From a virus: 64,000 bases of DNA. The notes below the pieces were generated by a model. It was not told the DNA's origin and made no database searches. It saw only the letters and a program-made list of their open reading frames with translations. Both the position numbers and the translations under genes were made by a program. The stretch lies in the IMG/VR virus record IMGVR_UViG_3300028586_000750; one strand, 5' to 3'. Position 1 is the first letter of the stretch. Each line of letters starts with the position of its first letter. Below are positions 47,161 to 56,746 of this stretch, one piece after another.

Positions 47161-47263
47161 AATAATATTATTCCTTAATAATCTCTCTTATAATAAGTTT
47201 AACACAAACTACAGACATTATAAAACTCTTGATTTGTGAAGGTAATTTTGATATGATTAACTT

Positions 47264-47641
47264 ATGACAGCTATCGCATCTGCAAACAAAGCACGCATTA
47301 CTTCAACTGGTAAAATTGAAGGCACTATCAGTGGTGTACCCGCTATTGACTATGGTGCCAACGGTTATTTGGTTCCTGAAACTTTTGAGCTTAACATTAA
47401 TTCTGTTACACTCATGATTGATGGTAAAAAAGAAACGGAAGACAGCTACTCGCTTACTCTGAAAGCTAAAAACTCATCAGATAACATTCAAGACGCAATT
47501 TTCAATTACCCTAAGCCTTCCAACATGGGACGATGGAATGACGGTTGGGGCTTTGCTGGTCATCTATCTGATGCACCTATTGAAGCTCTAGAGGCTGTGC
47601 AGAAGACCGCAGGAATTAATCTTGTAAGCCTTGTTTCATAA
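47264..47641 (+). CDS. Hypothetical protein, apparently leaderless
   Basis: TTGATT..TATGAT 6 nt before ATG. Confidence 0.75.
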   Translation: MTAIASANKARITSTGKIEGTISGVPAIDYGANGYLVPETFELNINSVTLMIDGKKETEDSYSLTLKAKNSSDNIQDAIFNYPKPSNMGRWNDGWGFAGHLSDAPIEALEAVQKTAGINLVSLVS

Positions 47642-47649
47642 TTCAATTT

Positions 47650-47697
47650 AAAATAGTTGTGGCCCACCAGTTAATTCTGGTGGGCCACAACTATTTT
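47650..47697. repeat. Palindrome family, core in reverse orientation
   Basis: 21-bp arms, loop ttaatt. Confidence 0.9.
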
Positions 47698-47704
47698 GAT
47701 ACAA

Positions 47705-49108
47705 CTATTTAGCTAAACCAACAACACTGTAAGTTTTTTCTCCTACAGTAACGTTTTCACGTTCAAGAGGTAGCTTACGGAAAGCTTCTACGTCTTTAAG
47801 TTGTTTGCTTGAGAAGGCACCTGCTTTACGTAGGAATAGTGCAAGGTCAGGGTTGCTGACAATTACACCATGAACGGTTGCAGGCTCGGCTGTAGCGACT
47901 TCAAGTTCAAGTTCTGTACGAGGACTAACCCAACCGCTTTTAACGGCGTCAACGACGTTCTCTACTTTGGCAGCAGCAAGAATATCTTGACGAGTTAACT
48001 TAACTGTACCGGAAACAACTTCCCATGGTTGTGGGAGTGCATTGAACATACGAGTATCCTCGTGTAGTTCTTTACCAGCATTACGTCCCCACCAAACAAG
48101 GTCAGCAGCCATTAGACGTGCAGCTTTACCAGGTAGGTAAGCGTCAAAGACGTTATCTAGACCTGCGGTGATTGTTGCTGCAATCCATGCTGAACGCATA
48201 GTGTTAAACGCACCAGCGTAAGCGTTCCATGTTGAGCTATCAACACCTTGGACCATAACCATTTCTTTACGCATCCATGTAGGTAGCTCTGGGTAAAGAC
48301 GTGCTAGACCGTTAGCAGCAACAACCATTTCGCGGTGGAATACGCCAATGAGGTTACCGAGTGTTTCGGCATCTAGACGCTTGAAAACAGACTTAACTGG
48401 GCTGACAAGAGCAATCTGGTCCCATGAAGAGTTCTCTCCAAGTAGACCGAAAAGACCATCAACAATGTTGTCAAAAGCTTTGGACTGGCTACCAAGCAAG
48501 AAAACAGAACGACGGTTTGCGCGCGCAGCAACATAAGCGATGTACGCTAATGAAAGGTCATCAGTTTTTGTAACATCTACTTTGTAAGCTAGACGGCTTT
48601 TGGCTTGCATTTGGGCGTGACGAATTTCAAGGGCATTCTCAATACGAGCAATTTTGCCCTCAAAAGAAGCAAGGAAACGTAGACGCTTCACAAAAGACTT
48701 TTTGGATGTAGCTAAACCATTCTCCCATGCGAGAGCGTAACGATTTACTAGAGCCTCTTCGGCTGTACCTTCATTAATTCCTAGCTCACGAAGAGCAGCA
48801 ACAACAGCGTTGCGAAGACGAAGGGTGTAAAGAACAGAGTACACATCTGCGTCAGCAGAAGGTACAGCAATTTCAGGGAATAGCTCAGCAAAAGTTGCAA
48901 GCTGTGAAGCTGCATCGTTTACACGGTCGAAGTCATCAGGCATCTGGTTATTCCATGAAGCTTCACGAGCAAGCTTAACAACAGACTGACGCAATGGGCC
49001 TTCTGGTAGAACACCAAGGTTCATGATAGCGTTAGCGACAACCCATGTGGGTACACGCTTGGTAAGGCTTTGCTCTAGCTGGATGCGAGCTTCATTTTTT
49101 GTAGACAT
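47705..49108 (-). CDS. Large hypothetical protein
   Basis: 467 aa; motifs DSSTWNAYAGAFN, GKAARLMAAD. Confidence 0.85.
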   Translation of the reverse strand: MSTKNEARIQLEQSLTKRVPTWVVANAIMNLGVLPEGPLRQSVVKLAREASWNNQMPDDFDRVNDAASQLATFAELFPEIAVPSADADVYSVLYTLRLRNAVVAALRELGINEGTAEEALVNRYALAWENGLATSKKSFVKRLRFLASFEGKIARIENALEIRHAQMQAKSRLAYKVDVTKTDDLSLAYIAYVAARANRRSVFLLGSQSKAFDNIVDGLFGLLGENSSWDQIALVSPVKSVFKRLDAETLGNLIGVFHREMVVAANGLARLYPELPTWMRKEMVMVQGVDSSTWNAYAGAFNTMRSAWIAATITAGLDNVFDAYLPGKAARLMAADLVWWGRNAGKELHEDTRMFNALPQPWEVVSGTVKLTRQDILAAAKVENVVDAVKSGWVSPRTELELEVATAEPATVHGVIVSNPDLALFLRKAGAFSSKQLKDVEAFRKLPLERENVTVGEKTYSVVGLAK

Positions 49109-49156
49109 ATGATCGTTAACCGTTTCTCTCTTTAGGTACGTAATGTTTATTTGACT

Positions 49157-49408
49157 TTAAGTTAATGTGACTGACCAGGAACTACCCTGTGTGGTAAGAC
49201 GTTTAGAGTGATGCAAGTCTGGGTTGATTTCTTTAGCCAGACGGAACATTTCACTAGCAACACCTTGACGTTGAAAAGCTTCTGATACACTTACCATTGC
49301 TATGGTTCCATCAGAATGCCAGGATAAAAACCCTACAAATTTCTTATCTAAAAAGCATTCTACAATTCCAGAATTAACTTTATAAGAAAACTTGTTTCCA
49401 TTTGACAT
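49157..49408 (-). CDS. Small GNAT-family acetyltransferase-like protein
   Basis: VSVSEAFQRQGVASEMF (motif A). Confidence 0.7.
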   Translation of the reverse strand: MSNGNKFSYKVNSGIVECFLDKKFVGFLSWHSDGTIAMVSVSEAFQRQGVASEMFRLAKEINPDLHHSKRLTTQGSSWSVTLT

Positions 49409-49459
49409 ATGTAACTATGAACCGTTCTCTCTTACGGGTGTTTCAATTTAAAAGTTTAG

Positions 49460-49543
49460 CGCGACAGGATGGATTTGAACCATCAGCTAACCGGAAAGTC
49501 ATAATAAGAGCCAGTCGTTCTATTAACCTTGAACTACCGTCGC
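49460..49543 (-). ncRNA. Isolated tRNA-like gene with 16-nt anticodon loop
   Basis: Acceptor GCGACGG/CTGTCGC, D stem GTTC/GAAC, stem ACTGG/CCGGT, T arm GATGG-TTCAAAT-CCATC; loop CTCTTATTATGACTTT. Confidence 0.7.
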
Positions 49544-49659
49544 TCTAACTACTATAACATAAATATTTTTGGTTTGCAAGAAATAAACCAACTTTTATCT
49601 AAAATATTTTGCAAACAACATATACCTGATAAACTAGAGTAATATATTTCAGGAGAACT

Positions 49660-50103
49660 ATGTCTCTTCATATTGAAGATTTACAAGCATCTATTGAACT
49701 GTTTAATGATGCAGCGGAAGATGAACTTGATGAACGTTACATTCAAAGAGCAAAGCTTATGGATGCTGCTAAAACTCAACAGGAATACGATTTTGCTTAC
49801 AATTTAGATGGGCAAACTTTGTATGACTTCATTTTTTGTGTTCAAGACGGCGACCCAAGAACAGGGGCTTTAGAAGCTAACCTTTCTGTTGGCTTAGCTG
49901 AATTTGTTGAAGATGACATTAACGAAACTCGCAGCTATTCAACATGGCTTGTTTTTAGTTTAAACGATGAGTTATTTCGTGTTGAGGGTATCTTGAAATC
50001 ATTACCTGATGGGCTAAATAAACCTGAAATTGTTTGGGATTATGCGTCTTTACGAAAAGTGCAGAAACGTGTTAAATTTGTTGAAGTTAACGAGTACATA
50101 TAA
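49660..50103 (+). CDS. Hypothetical protein
   Basis: C-terminus similar to 20762 ORF. Confidence 0.75.
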   Translation: MSLHIEDLQASIELFNDAAEDELDERYIQRAKLMDAAKTQQEYDFAYNLDGQTLYDFIFCVQDGDPRTGALEANLSVGLAEFVEDDINETRSYSTWLVFSLNDELFRVEGILKSLPDGLNKPEIVWDYASLRKVQKRVKFVEVNEYI

Positions 50104-50172
50104 TCCTTTTGAGCTTGTTTTAGACACTTATTTATGTTAGCCTTAAAGTTGATACTTATTTAGGAGATATAA

Positions 50173-50535
50173 ATGTTCGGTCTATTTGGTTCCAAAAAGC
50201 GTACAGTAAAAACGTTAGCAACTGTACCTGTTGCAGCTAGAGAAGTTAATGCTGTTGCTGATGCTGCGGTTTACATTGAAGTTTATCCTGCACCTACTTC
50301 AACTAAAGATGCCCCTAACTTTGAGTTTGCTACTATTGTGAATGGTTTTTCTCAGATGCTTGGTGGCGGTAATACTTCTACGGAGGCTGCTGTCGATGCA
50401 GGTAAGAAAGCTGCAACAAAACTTGTTGGCGAAGGTGGTTCTGTAAAAGACACTCAGGTTGTCATTATGCGAACATTTGAAGAGCACCTTGATGCTGCTT
50501 CTGTTCGTGAGGAATCGACATTCTCTAAGAAGTAA
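50173..50535 (+). CDS. Hypothetical protein
   Basis: SD AGGAG. Confidence 0.7.
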   Translation: MFGLFGSKKRTVKTLATVPVAAREVNAVADAAVYIEVYPAPTSTKDAPNFEFATIVNGFSQMLGGGNTSTEAAVDAGKKAATKLVGEGGSVKDTQVVIMRTFEEHLDAASVREESTFSKK

Positions 50536-50577
50536 GCAGTTTTGCTTCTCAGCTAAAGTTAGGTTATGATTTAAGTT

Positions 50578-50997
50578 ATGAGTACCCCTATTGAGTCTTT
50601 CGAGGCCGAAATGAAGCGACCTGCTTCACAGATTTTTATTACTGCTGTCATGGAACGTAATATTGAAATCAGTGAACTTGAAAGGCAGCTTGAGCTAATG
50701 CGAGCGGATGAGTTTCGTTTCTTTGGTGAGAAAGTGAAGTCTTTGTTTAATGGTGATGAGGTTTTCCGTCAACGTCAGATTAGGGATTTGAAGAACAAGA
50801 TTGCGTTCCTTAAAGACCCTCAACGTGATGCTGATGATGCGGCAAAGCGTGACGCAGCTAATAAGGTTGAGGAAGAAACTGAAGCTGTTGAAGCTGATAA
50901 GCAGAAAGTGCTTGATGAAAAGCATGAACTTATTGTTAAGGCTTATGCTGAACGAGTAAAGTTTGCTCAGTATTGGGATAATGTTTTTGACCGCTGA
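50578..50997 (+). CDS. Coiled-coil hypothetical protein, apparently leaderless
   Basis: TATGAT 7 nt before ATG. Confidence 0.7.
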   Translation: MSTPIESFEAEMKRPASQIFITAVMERNIEISELERQLELMRADEFRFFGEKVKSLFNGDEVFRQRQIRDLKNKIAFLKDPQRDADDAAKRDAANKVEEETEAVEADKQKVLDEKHELIVKAYAERVKFAQYWDNVFDR

Positions 50998-51001
50998 TTT
51001 A

Positions 51002-51047
51002 AAATAAGTATGGCCCACCAGAATTAACTGGTGGGCCATACTTATTT
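51002..51047. repeat. Palindrome family, core CCACCAG-AATTAA-CTGGTGG
   Basis: 20-bp arms, convergent genes. Confidence 0.9.
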
Positions 51048-51051
51048 GTGT

Positions 51052-51489
51052 TTATGAGTAATTAAACCACATGTACCAACGTGGGTTCTCGTTGTCGGTT
51101 GCAAAGTTACTTCTTAGTAAATCTAATTCCTTTTTAGCTTCTGGTGAAACAAAGCTTTTGGCACTTAAATCTTGATAACCAGGTTCATCTTCAATTTCCA
51201 CATATGTTGTGCGTGCCACAGCAAACCATTGGTAAATTTTTGGTTTTTCAGTATATGGATTAGTACATATTGAGAAACGTAGGTTAGGTAACTTATCAGA
51301 AATTGTTTCCATTTCAAAGTTATCTGGTGAAAACATTTCTTCAATAGAACCATAGTATTCTTTAGTTCTTTTGCTTGATTTATCCCAGATGTATTCTCTG
51401 AATTCTTTATATCGATCATCAAGCAGGTTGCGGTCGCTGATATCTACGCGAACACCAAAGCCTGCTTCTGCTGAAAAACTAACACCCAT
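51052..51489 (-). CDS. Hypothetical protein
   Basis: 145-aa ORF. Confidence 0.7.
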   Translation of the reverse strand: MGVSFSAEAGFGVRVDISDRNLLDDRYKEFREYIWDKSSKRTKEYYGSIEEMFSPDNFEMETISDKLPNLRFSICTNPYTEKPKIYQWFAVARTTYVEIEDEPGYQDLSAKSFVSPEAKKELDLLRSNFATDNENPRWYMWFNYS

Positions 51490-51607
51490 TTTATTTAAAT
51501 CTTTCTATCTAAGAATATAGTTTAAGTCTATCAGACATTATAAAATTCTTCTAGGTTTGATGCTATACAATGTGATATAATTGAGTTATTAATCTTTGGA
51601 GGAAGAC

Positions 51608-51931
51608 ATGGCTGCTAAAGCCGAAAATAAAGCAACACCAGCAAAAAAGGCACCAGCAAAACCAAAAAGCGATGCTCCTAGTAAGAAATTCCTTGCTGTA
51701 GAAAAACGTATTCTAAATAACTTTGATAACATGGTTGGCGCGCTTACCAGTGTCACTCCTGAGTTCATTAAGAGTAATGTTGAAACGTTTGAAAGAGCTA
51801 AACCTAACTTTACCCCCCGAGGTAAACAGCATATTGCTGACATTGCGTTTACCATTCAAGAAAATTCTAAGGACAACCCTAAAATTAGACTTCCTAAAGA
51901 GTGGTCTAAACTAGTAGATTTTGCAGATTAA
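51608..51931 (+). CDS. Basic hypothetical protein with Lys/Ala/Pro-rich N-terminus
   Basis: SD GGAGG before MAAKAE. Confidence 0.7.
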   Translation: MAAKAENKATPAKKAPAKPKSDAPSKKFLAVEKRILNNFDNMVGALTSVTPEFIKSNVETFERAKPNFTPRGKQHIADIAFTIQENSKDNPKIRLPKEWSKLVDFAD

Positions 51932-51976
51932 TTAGAGGCGGTCACCTTGCTTAAAAGGTGACCGCCTCTTTTAGTT

Positions 51977-52024
51977 TATAAAACTATAAATAATATAAAA
52001 ACTATAAAACTATAAAGTTATAAA
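51977..52024. repeat. Six TATAAA hexamers at 8-9-nt spacing in AT-rich intergenic DNA
   Basis: Starts at 51977, 51985, 51994, 52003, 52011, 52019. Confidence 0.8.
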
Positions 52025-52188
52025 TTCCTAAATTATTACTAGAAAAACTACCAAAGTTTTTAAGCCATTTTAATAGTGATTTAAGTGGTAAAATCACACT
52101 TTCGTACTTTCGTACTTTTATAGTAAATTTGCTATAAAAGTTGACACATGTTAGACTAGATATTTACATCAATTACGATAGGATTATA

Positions 52189-52503
52189 ATGCCCTTAACT
52201 GCTGAACAACAAGATCAAATTACTCAATCTGCTAAAAGCATTGAAGATACATTCAATAAAAGTTTTAACGAAGAAATTATTCCTCTAGTTAAATTGCGTC
52301 TTACTTATGATGATGAGGTTAGCGTAGCTGTTCAGGTTGTGCCTAACATTACCGAAGGCGAAGATGGAAGTATTGATATTGCTAACACAGTTGATTACAA
52401 GTTAACTTTTGCTACAGACGCTACAGATGATGAAGCAGAACAAGGTAGACAGCAAGACTTTGACTATGTGTTCAGTCAAGTTCTTAACTCAATGTATCAG
52501 TAA
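52189..52503 (+). CDS. Acidic hypothetical protein
   Basis: Likely start MPLTAE. Confidence 0.7.
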   Translation: MPLTAEQQDQITQSAKSIEDTFNKSFNEEIIPLVKLRLTYDDEVSVAVQVVPNITEGEDGSIDIANTVDYKLTFATDATDDEAEQGRQQDFDYVFSQVLNSMYQ

Positions 52504-52535
52504 TATATTGAAATAAAATTCGTTATATATAATGT

Positions 52536-53474
52536 ATGACGATCACTTCTACACGCAGAATGCCTGATGGCACTATTTGTCGTACTGGTCCTGGCTGCAA
52601 ACGTCATGACGGTGCTACTACAGTTACGCTTCAAAACGATATTGGTAAACGTTTAGAAACAGCGCGTAAAGCAGTTAAGGAAAGAGACAAAAGTTTACCT
52701 TTCCCCGAAGGAACTAAACGTGTTGGTTTAAACAAAACGGACCCTGATTGGGCTTTAGATTTGCATAACCAATCACAAGAAATTGATGATAGCCTTGATG
52801 TTTCTTCTGCCAACGGCTTAGGTTGGTATCGCATGGGTGGTTATATTGCTACGAATGCTTTCTTACGTGGAGGCAAAGAAGCTCATGATGAAGCTGTACG
52901 TAAAGATATGAATTCAAAAGTTGGAGAAGATTACTTACAAAGTTCTTATGAAAGAACTGTCCGCCATGTTGAACAGGTAGACCAAGTATTCAAAGACCAC
53001 CAAAAAACTTTTGATACTCCCATGCCTGTCTATCGTGCTATCAGAGTTGAAGAAGAAATCCCTGAGGGTGTCAGCACTTTACAGTACATAAAAGACAAGT
53101 ATAAGCCTGGTTCAGAAGTTGTAGAGAACAGCTATGTTTCTACAAGCGCTGACTCTGATTACATGGCATTCTTTGGCAGAAAAAGAGTTAAAGCTAAAGG
53201 TACACATATTGTGTATGAAATTATTGCTAAAAAAGGTTTACCTATTTTTCAAAGAGGATATGGTGCCACACCTTCAAGACCTAGCGATGGTGACATTCAA
53301 TCCTTTGAACGTGAAATACTTTTAGAACGTGGTAGCAAATTCCGTGTAGTTGGTGTTAAAAACGCTAGCTTTGAACATTCTTACAGTCAAGAAAATCAAG
53401 GTCTTGGTTCTTATGTAAGAGATTGCCCTAAAAAAGTTACATTCCCTGTTGTTCAGTTAGAGCAAATAGCTTAA
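52536..53474 (+). CDS. ADP-ribosyltransferase (VIP2/exoenzyme, R-S-ExE clade) with N-terminal PDGxxCxxGPxCxRH tag
   Basis: Y..TNAFLRG, PVYRAI, YVSTS, FEREILLERGSKFRV. Confidence 0.9.
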   Translation: MTITSTRRMPDGTICRTGPGCKRHDGATTVTLQNDIGKRLETARKAVKERDKSLPFPEGTKRVGLNKTDPDWALDLHNQSQEIDDSLDVSSANGLGWYRMGGYIATNAFLRGGKEAHDEAVRKDMNSKVGEDYLQSSYERTVRHVEQVDQVFKDHQKTFDTPMPVYRAIRVEEEIPEGVSTLQYIKDKYKPGSEVVENSYVSTSADSDYMAFFGRKRVKAKGTHIVYEIIAKKGLPIFQRGYGATPSRPSDGDIQSFEREILLERGSKFRVVGVKNASFEHSYSQENQGLGSYVRDCPKKVTFPVVQLEQIA

Positions 53475-53524
53475 ATAAGTAAGGCCCCACCAGAGTTGAC
53501 TGGTGGGGCCTTACTTATTTAAGC
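53469..53524. repeat. Palindrome family, 25-bp arms
   Basis: gcttaaataagtaaggccccaccag-agttga-ctggtggggccttacttatttaagc. Confidence 0.9.
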
Positions 53525-53525
53525 C

Positions 53526-54104
53526 TTACTGTAGCCAGCTAGTAACTGTAATTTCTTTGGTGCCAGCAGCGTAAGTGATTTCAAATTCTAGACGAGGTTC
53601 ACCTTCTGCAATGTAGAAACTTGATGTTGATGTTGCAACCTTATCTGAGAAAAACTTCCTATTGAAGAAAGCTTTTCGTACCATGTTACTTGCAGCGCCA
53701 TAACGGTTTCCCTCTAGAACGTTGTGAGCTTCCATTAGACCTTTGACGTATGCAGTAATTTCTTCACATGTATCAACAGTTAGATGGTACAACTCAACAT
53801 CATAATTGGAAGGATGGTAACCCTCTCCTGAGTGAGCTTTAGCCGCTCGTGTTGCACGATGCTTAATTGACACAACAGCCCCAGAAATACCTGACATTAG
53901 CACAATGGCAAACAGAATAACAGTCATGAAATTGTTATCACTTTGAACTATTGAAGCCAAACCAACGGTCGCTAGTAATCCTATGATAACAATAGGCCCT
54001 TGAAGCACAAAGTTGTGTAGACGGTTACGATGAGCGCCTACACCAGGCACATCAAATGTCTTATAAGTTTTTGCAGCGGAAGAGGTAACGGTTGCATTTG
54101 TCAT
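53526..54104 (-). CDS. Two-TM membrane protein, probable paralog of 54110-54763
   Basis: TM pair; C-terminal F.ITY...I.VTS. Confidence 0.75.
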   Translation of the reverse strand: MTNATVTSSAAKTYKTFDVPGVGAHRNRLHNFVLQGPIVIIGLLATVGLASIVQSDNNFMTVILFAIVLMSGISGAVVSIKHRATRAAKAHSGEGYHPSNYDVELYHLTVDTCEEITAYVKGLMEAHNVLEGNRYGAASNMVRKAFFNRKFFSDKVATSTSSFYIAEGEPRLEFEITYAAGTKEITVTSWLQ

Positions 54105-54109
54105 ATTTA

Positions 54110-54763
54110 TTAGTCCTTGTCTAGCATAATGTAAGAGGTCACCTGAATGTTGTTAGCATCAACAAAGGTAAGGTCAAAGCAGAAGAAAGTCTTGGTGTCT
54201 ACGTACTCACCGGTGACCATGTTGCGAACGTAGACACGACTACCGGAACCGCCAGTACCACCGTGAGGGTTCTGAACGTTTGTGTTTACGAACCTGTCGT
54301 AGTAGCTGTGCTGAATGGTGCGCTCCATATCGTTAACATCAACAATGGGAGACTGAATGTTATCCCTGTTGTAAGGAAAACCCTTGTAGCCGAAGCTGTT
54401 GATGTAATCTACAATCTGCGTGTTCACATCATTACGCCAAAGGTAAAGAGAAACATCATCCCAGTTCTTCTTGTCACGCTTGGAGGCCGCTTCAAAGCAC
54501 TCGCTTGTAACACCAATGATTGCCACGATGATAAGAATCATAGGAATGAAAGTGAGGAACCCTAGCGCACTTTCTCGCTCAATACCAAGCATTGAAAGCA
54601 CAACCGTAGCCGCAACACCAATGCCAAGAAGAATGAGGCGCTTCTTGATGATAGGCCAAACAATCTTCTGGCGCACAGGAACGGGAACAGGAGTGTCATA
54701 GGTGAAGGTCTTGGTGACCTTGTTACCCAGGATTTCTTTGGTAGTCATTGATTTCTCTCTCAT
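54110..54763 (-). CDS. Two-TM membrane protein
   Basis: TM pair; C-terminal FDLTF...IQVTS. Confidence 0.75.
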   Translation of the reverse strand: MREKSMTTKEILGNKVTKTFTYDTPVPVPVRQKIVWPIIKKRLILLGIGVAATVVLSMLGIERESALGFLTFIPMILIIVAIIGVTSECFEAASKRDKKNWDDVSLYLWRNDVNTQIVDYINSFGYKGFPYNRDNIQSPIVDVNDMERTIQHSYYDRFVNTNVQNPHGGTGGSGSRVYVRNMVTGEYVDTKTFFCFDLTFVDANNIQVTSYIMLDKD

Positions 54764-54798
54764 GAAATGGACTATTTCTTTAAGTATAGGAACACTTT

Positions 54799-55743
54799 AT
54801 GGGTTTGTCAAGTTTTTCCTATATACTGTTGGTAATGATTTTAGACACAGCAATTTCGGAACTAGAAACCGCTTTATTTCAAGCGGGTATCTTTTTTGAA
54901 GGAAAATTGCAGTTAGCAAGCAATACGAACAACATTTCCTTCACTGACTATAGTACGATTTTTGTCAAAGTGTTAGGGCAGTATGAAACTAATCCTAAGT
55001 TTCTTACCCAAGAACATTATGTTTCTATGACCCACTCAAAAATCATGAAACCTTTGCTATCTTCACCGTTAACAGTTCATCTAAGCGATGGTGACAAACT
55101 TTTTGTTACTGCATACAATTATGTTCCACACCTTTTCAAACCTGTGTCTGAATTCACAGAATATGATGGTGTACTTATTGGTGCTGAACTTGTTGACTTT
55201 TATGGTACGAAACCTTTATCTCCGTTAAGATTAAACGTAAATTGGTCCGCTAAAAAAGCTTTAGACAGCATGGACCTTTTTGATGTTCCTTTTGATATAA
55301 GTTTAACTATTAACTATTTGGCAGATATTGCAATGGATTGGTTGCAAGAATGTGCTCGTAGAAAAAATGTTGATGATAAAGTTCTTATTCATGGTGACCC
55401 TCATTCACAGAACATGTTGTGGACCGGCGACCATACTGTAAGACTTATTGATCTGGAGTCAGTTAAATACGAATACGTTGAATGTGACCTTGCTTGTCTT
55501 TATCAAAGTTTTGTTCAAATCAATAATCGCCCTGATGTGTTTGCGAATATTCTCATGAAAGTTGAAGAAGCTTACAGTGTGGATATGGATTTGTTGACTG
55601 CTTACATCCAAGCTCGTAATGTAACAGCAACCAGTTTTATGTGTAGAACAGGTAACTGGAATGTTATTGAACAAAATTTGAAGAACATTCGTGAGAGTTT
55701 ACATTCAGGCGATGTTGTACAAAAACTTTATTTGCCAGCATAG
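54799..55743 (+). CDS. APH/choline-kinase-like phosphotransferase (start uncertain)
   Basis: LIHGDPHSQNML and LIDLE motifs. Confidence 0.82.
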   Translation: MGLSSFSYILLVMILDTAISELETALFQAGIFFEGKLQLASNTNNISFTDYSTIFVKVLGQYETNPKFLTQEHYVSMTHSKIMKPLLSSPLTVHLSDGDKLFVTAYNYVPHLFKPVSEFTEYDGVLIGAELVDFYGTKPLSPLRLNVNWSAKKALDSMDLFDVPFDISLTINYLADIAMDWLQECARRKNVDDKVLIHGDPHSQNMLWTGDHTVRLIDLESVKYEYVECDLACLYQSFVQINNRPDVFANILMKVEEAYSVDMDLLTAYIQARNVTATSFMCRTGNWNVIEQNLKNIRESLHSGDVVQKLYLPA

Positions 55744-55769
55744 TATTGCTTTTCTTCTAGTTATGCTAT

Positions 55770-55970
55770 ATGCTCAGAGTTATGACAATTAGAACTACTG
55801 TAGATACAGTGTGCAAGGGTGACCTCATTCAGGTCGAAGGCGTCTGGGAGAAGATTATTGCAATCGCTCAGGGGAAGCCTGATGTTGAGTCTGAGAAAAC
55901 TGCTCTCATCTATACTGACCAGAACCACACCCTAGCTGTTGAGCCTGGCACTTTCGTAGAAATTCGCTAA
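55770..55970 (+). CDS. Small hypothetical protein
   Basis: 66-aa ORF. Confidence 0.6.
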   Translation: MLRVMTIRTTVDTVCKGDLIQVEGVWEKIIAIAQGKPDVESEKTALIYTDQNHTLAVEPGTFVEIR

Positions 55971-55987
55971 CTTAGGAGAATAACATA

Positions 55988-56284
55988 ATGGAAAGTCTTA
56001 CTTTAAGCGATAAAGGTGACTTCGTTGTAAACACACTGAGTGGAAGCACGTACCTTCTATCACTTGGAGAAAATTCCGCAGAGATAACAAGGCTACAGGA
56101 CACAGACTCAGAGGACTCTCTACAGATGCGAAAAGATGTTGATGCTCTTCCGCTTGTAGGAATTTTCCGTTGTGATGTAGGCGCAAGTGGAGTGTTTATG
56201 ATTTATGGTGTTGCAGATGACCCATCTACTTTTACTCAACGAATTACGTCTCCTATCGCTGGAATTAGACAGCTAGTTTCTTAA
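55988..56284 (+). CDS. Hypothetical protein
   Basis: SD AGGAG. Confidence 0.7.
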   Translation: MESLTLSDKGDFVVNTLSGSTYLLSLGENSAEITRLQDTDSEDSLQMRKDVDALPLVGIFRCDVGASGVFMIYGVADDPSTFTQRITSPIAGIRQLVS

Positions 56285-56328
56285 TAGTTATGGCCTCACC
56301 AGGCAATCCTGGTGAGGCCATAACTATT
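56283..56328. repeat. Palindrome-family variant TCACCAG/CTGGTGA
   Basis: Compensatory stem change. Confidence 0.85.
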
Positions 56329-56438
56329 ATAACTATTTTGTTACCTTAAACTTTCACTTGAAGGTTGAAACTGGTCACTAGATGTGCCATACTTTAGAAG
56401 TAAGAGAAACACACCCCAAGTTTTAAGGAAATAAACAT

Positions 56439-56690
56439 ATGTCTATCGTTCGTAACTATTTTCATAACTTCAAGGTTTACAACAAGACCAACATTGCAGG
56501 TATTTCACTTGCACTAATTACAGCCGCTTTCGTTTTTGTTTGGGGCATGTTGCTTGCTCTTGTTGTACTAAAGACTGGTGTTCTACCTAGCTTTGGCTGG
56601 TGGGCTACTATCCCAGTCACTTTGTTTAGTGCAACTCTTGCTCACTTCTTGGTTCGCCCAGTTGTCGCAGCACGTTACGCAAACAAGTAA
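56439..56690 (+). CDS. Small two-TM membrane protein
   Basis: Hydropathy pattern. Confidence 0.7.
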   Translation: MSIVRNYFHNFKVYNKTNIAGISLALITAAFVFVWGMLLALVVLKTGVLPSFGWWATIPVTLFSATLAHFLVRPVVAARYANK

Positions 56691-56698
56691 CCAAACCT

Positions 56699-56746
56699 AA
56701 ATAAGTATGGCCCCACTAGAATTAACTAGTGGGGCCATACTTATTT
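56699..56746. repeat. Palindrome-family variant CCACTAG-AATTAA-CTAGTGG
   Basis: Compensatory stem change, convergent genes. Confidence 0.9.
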
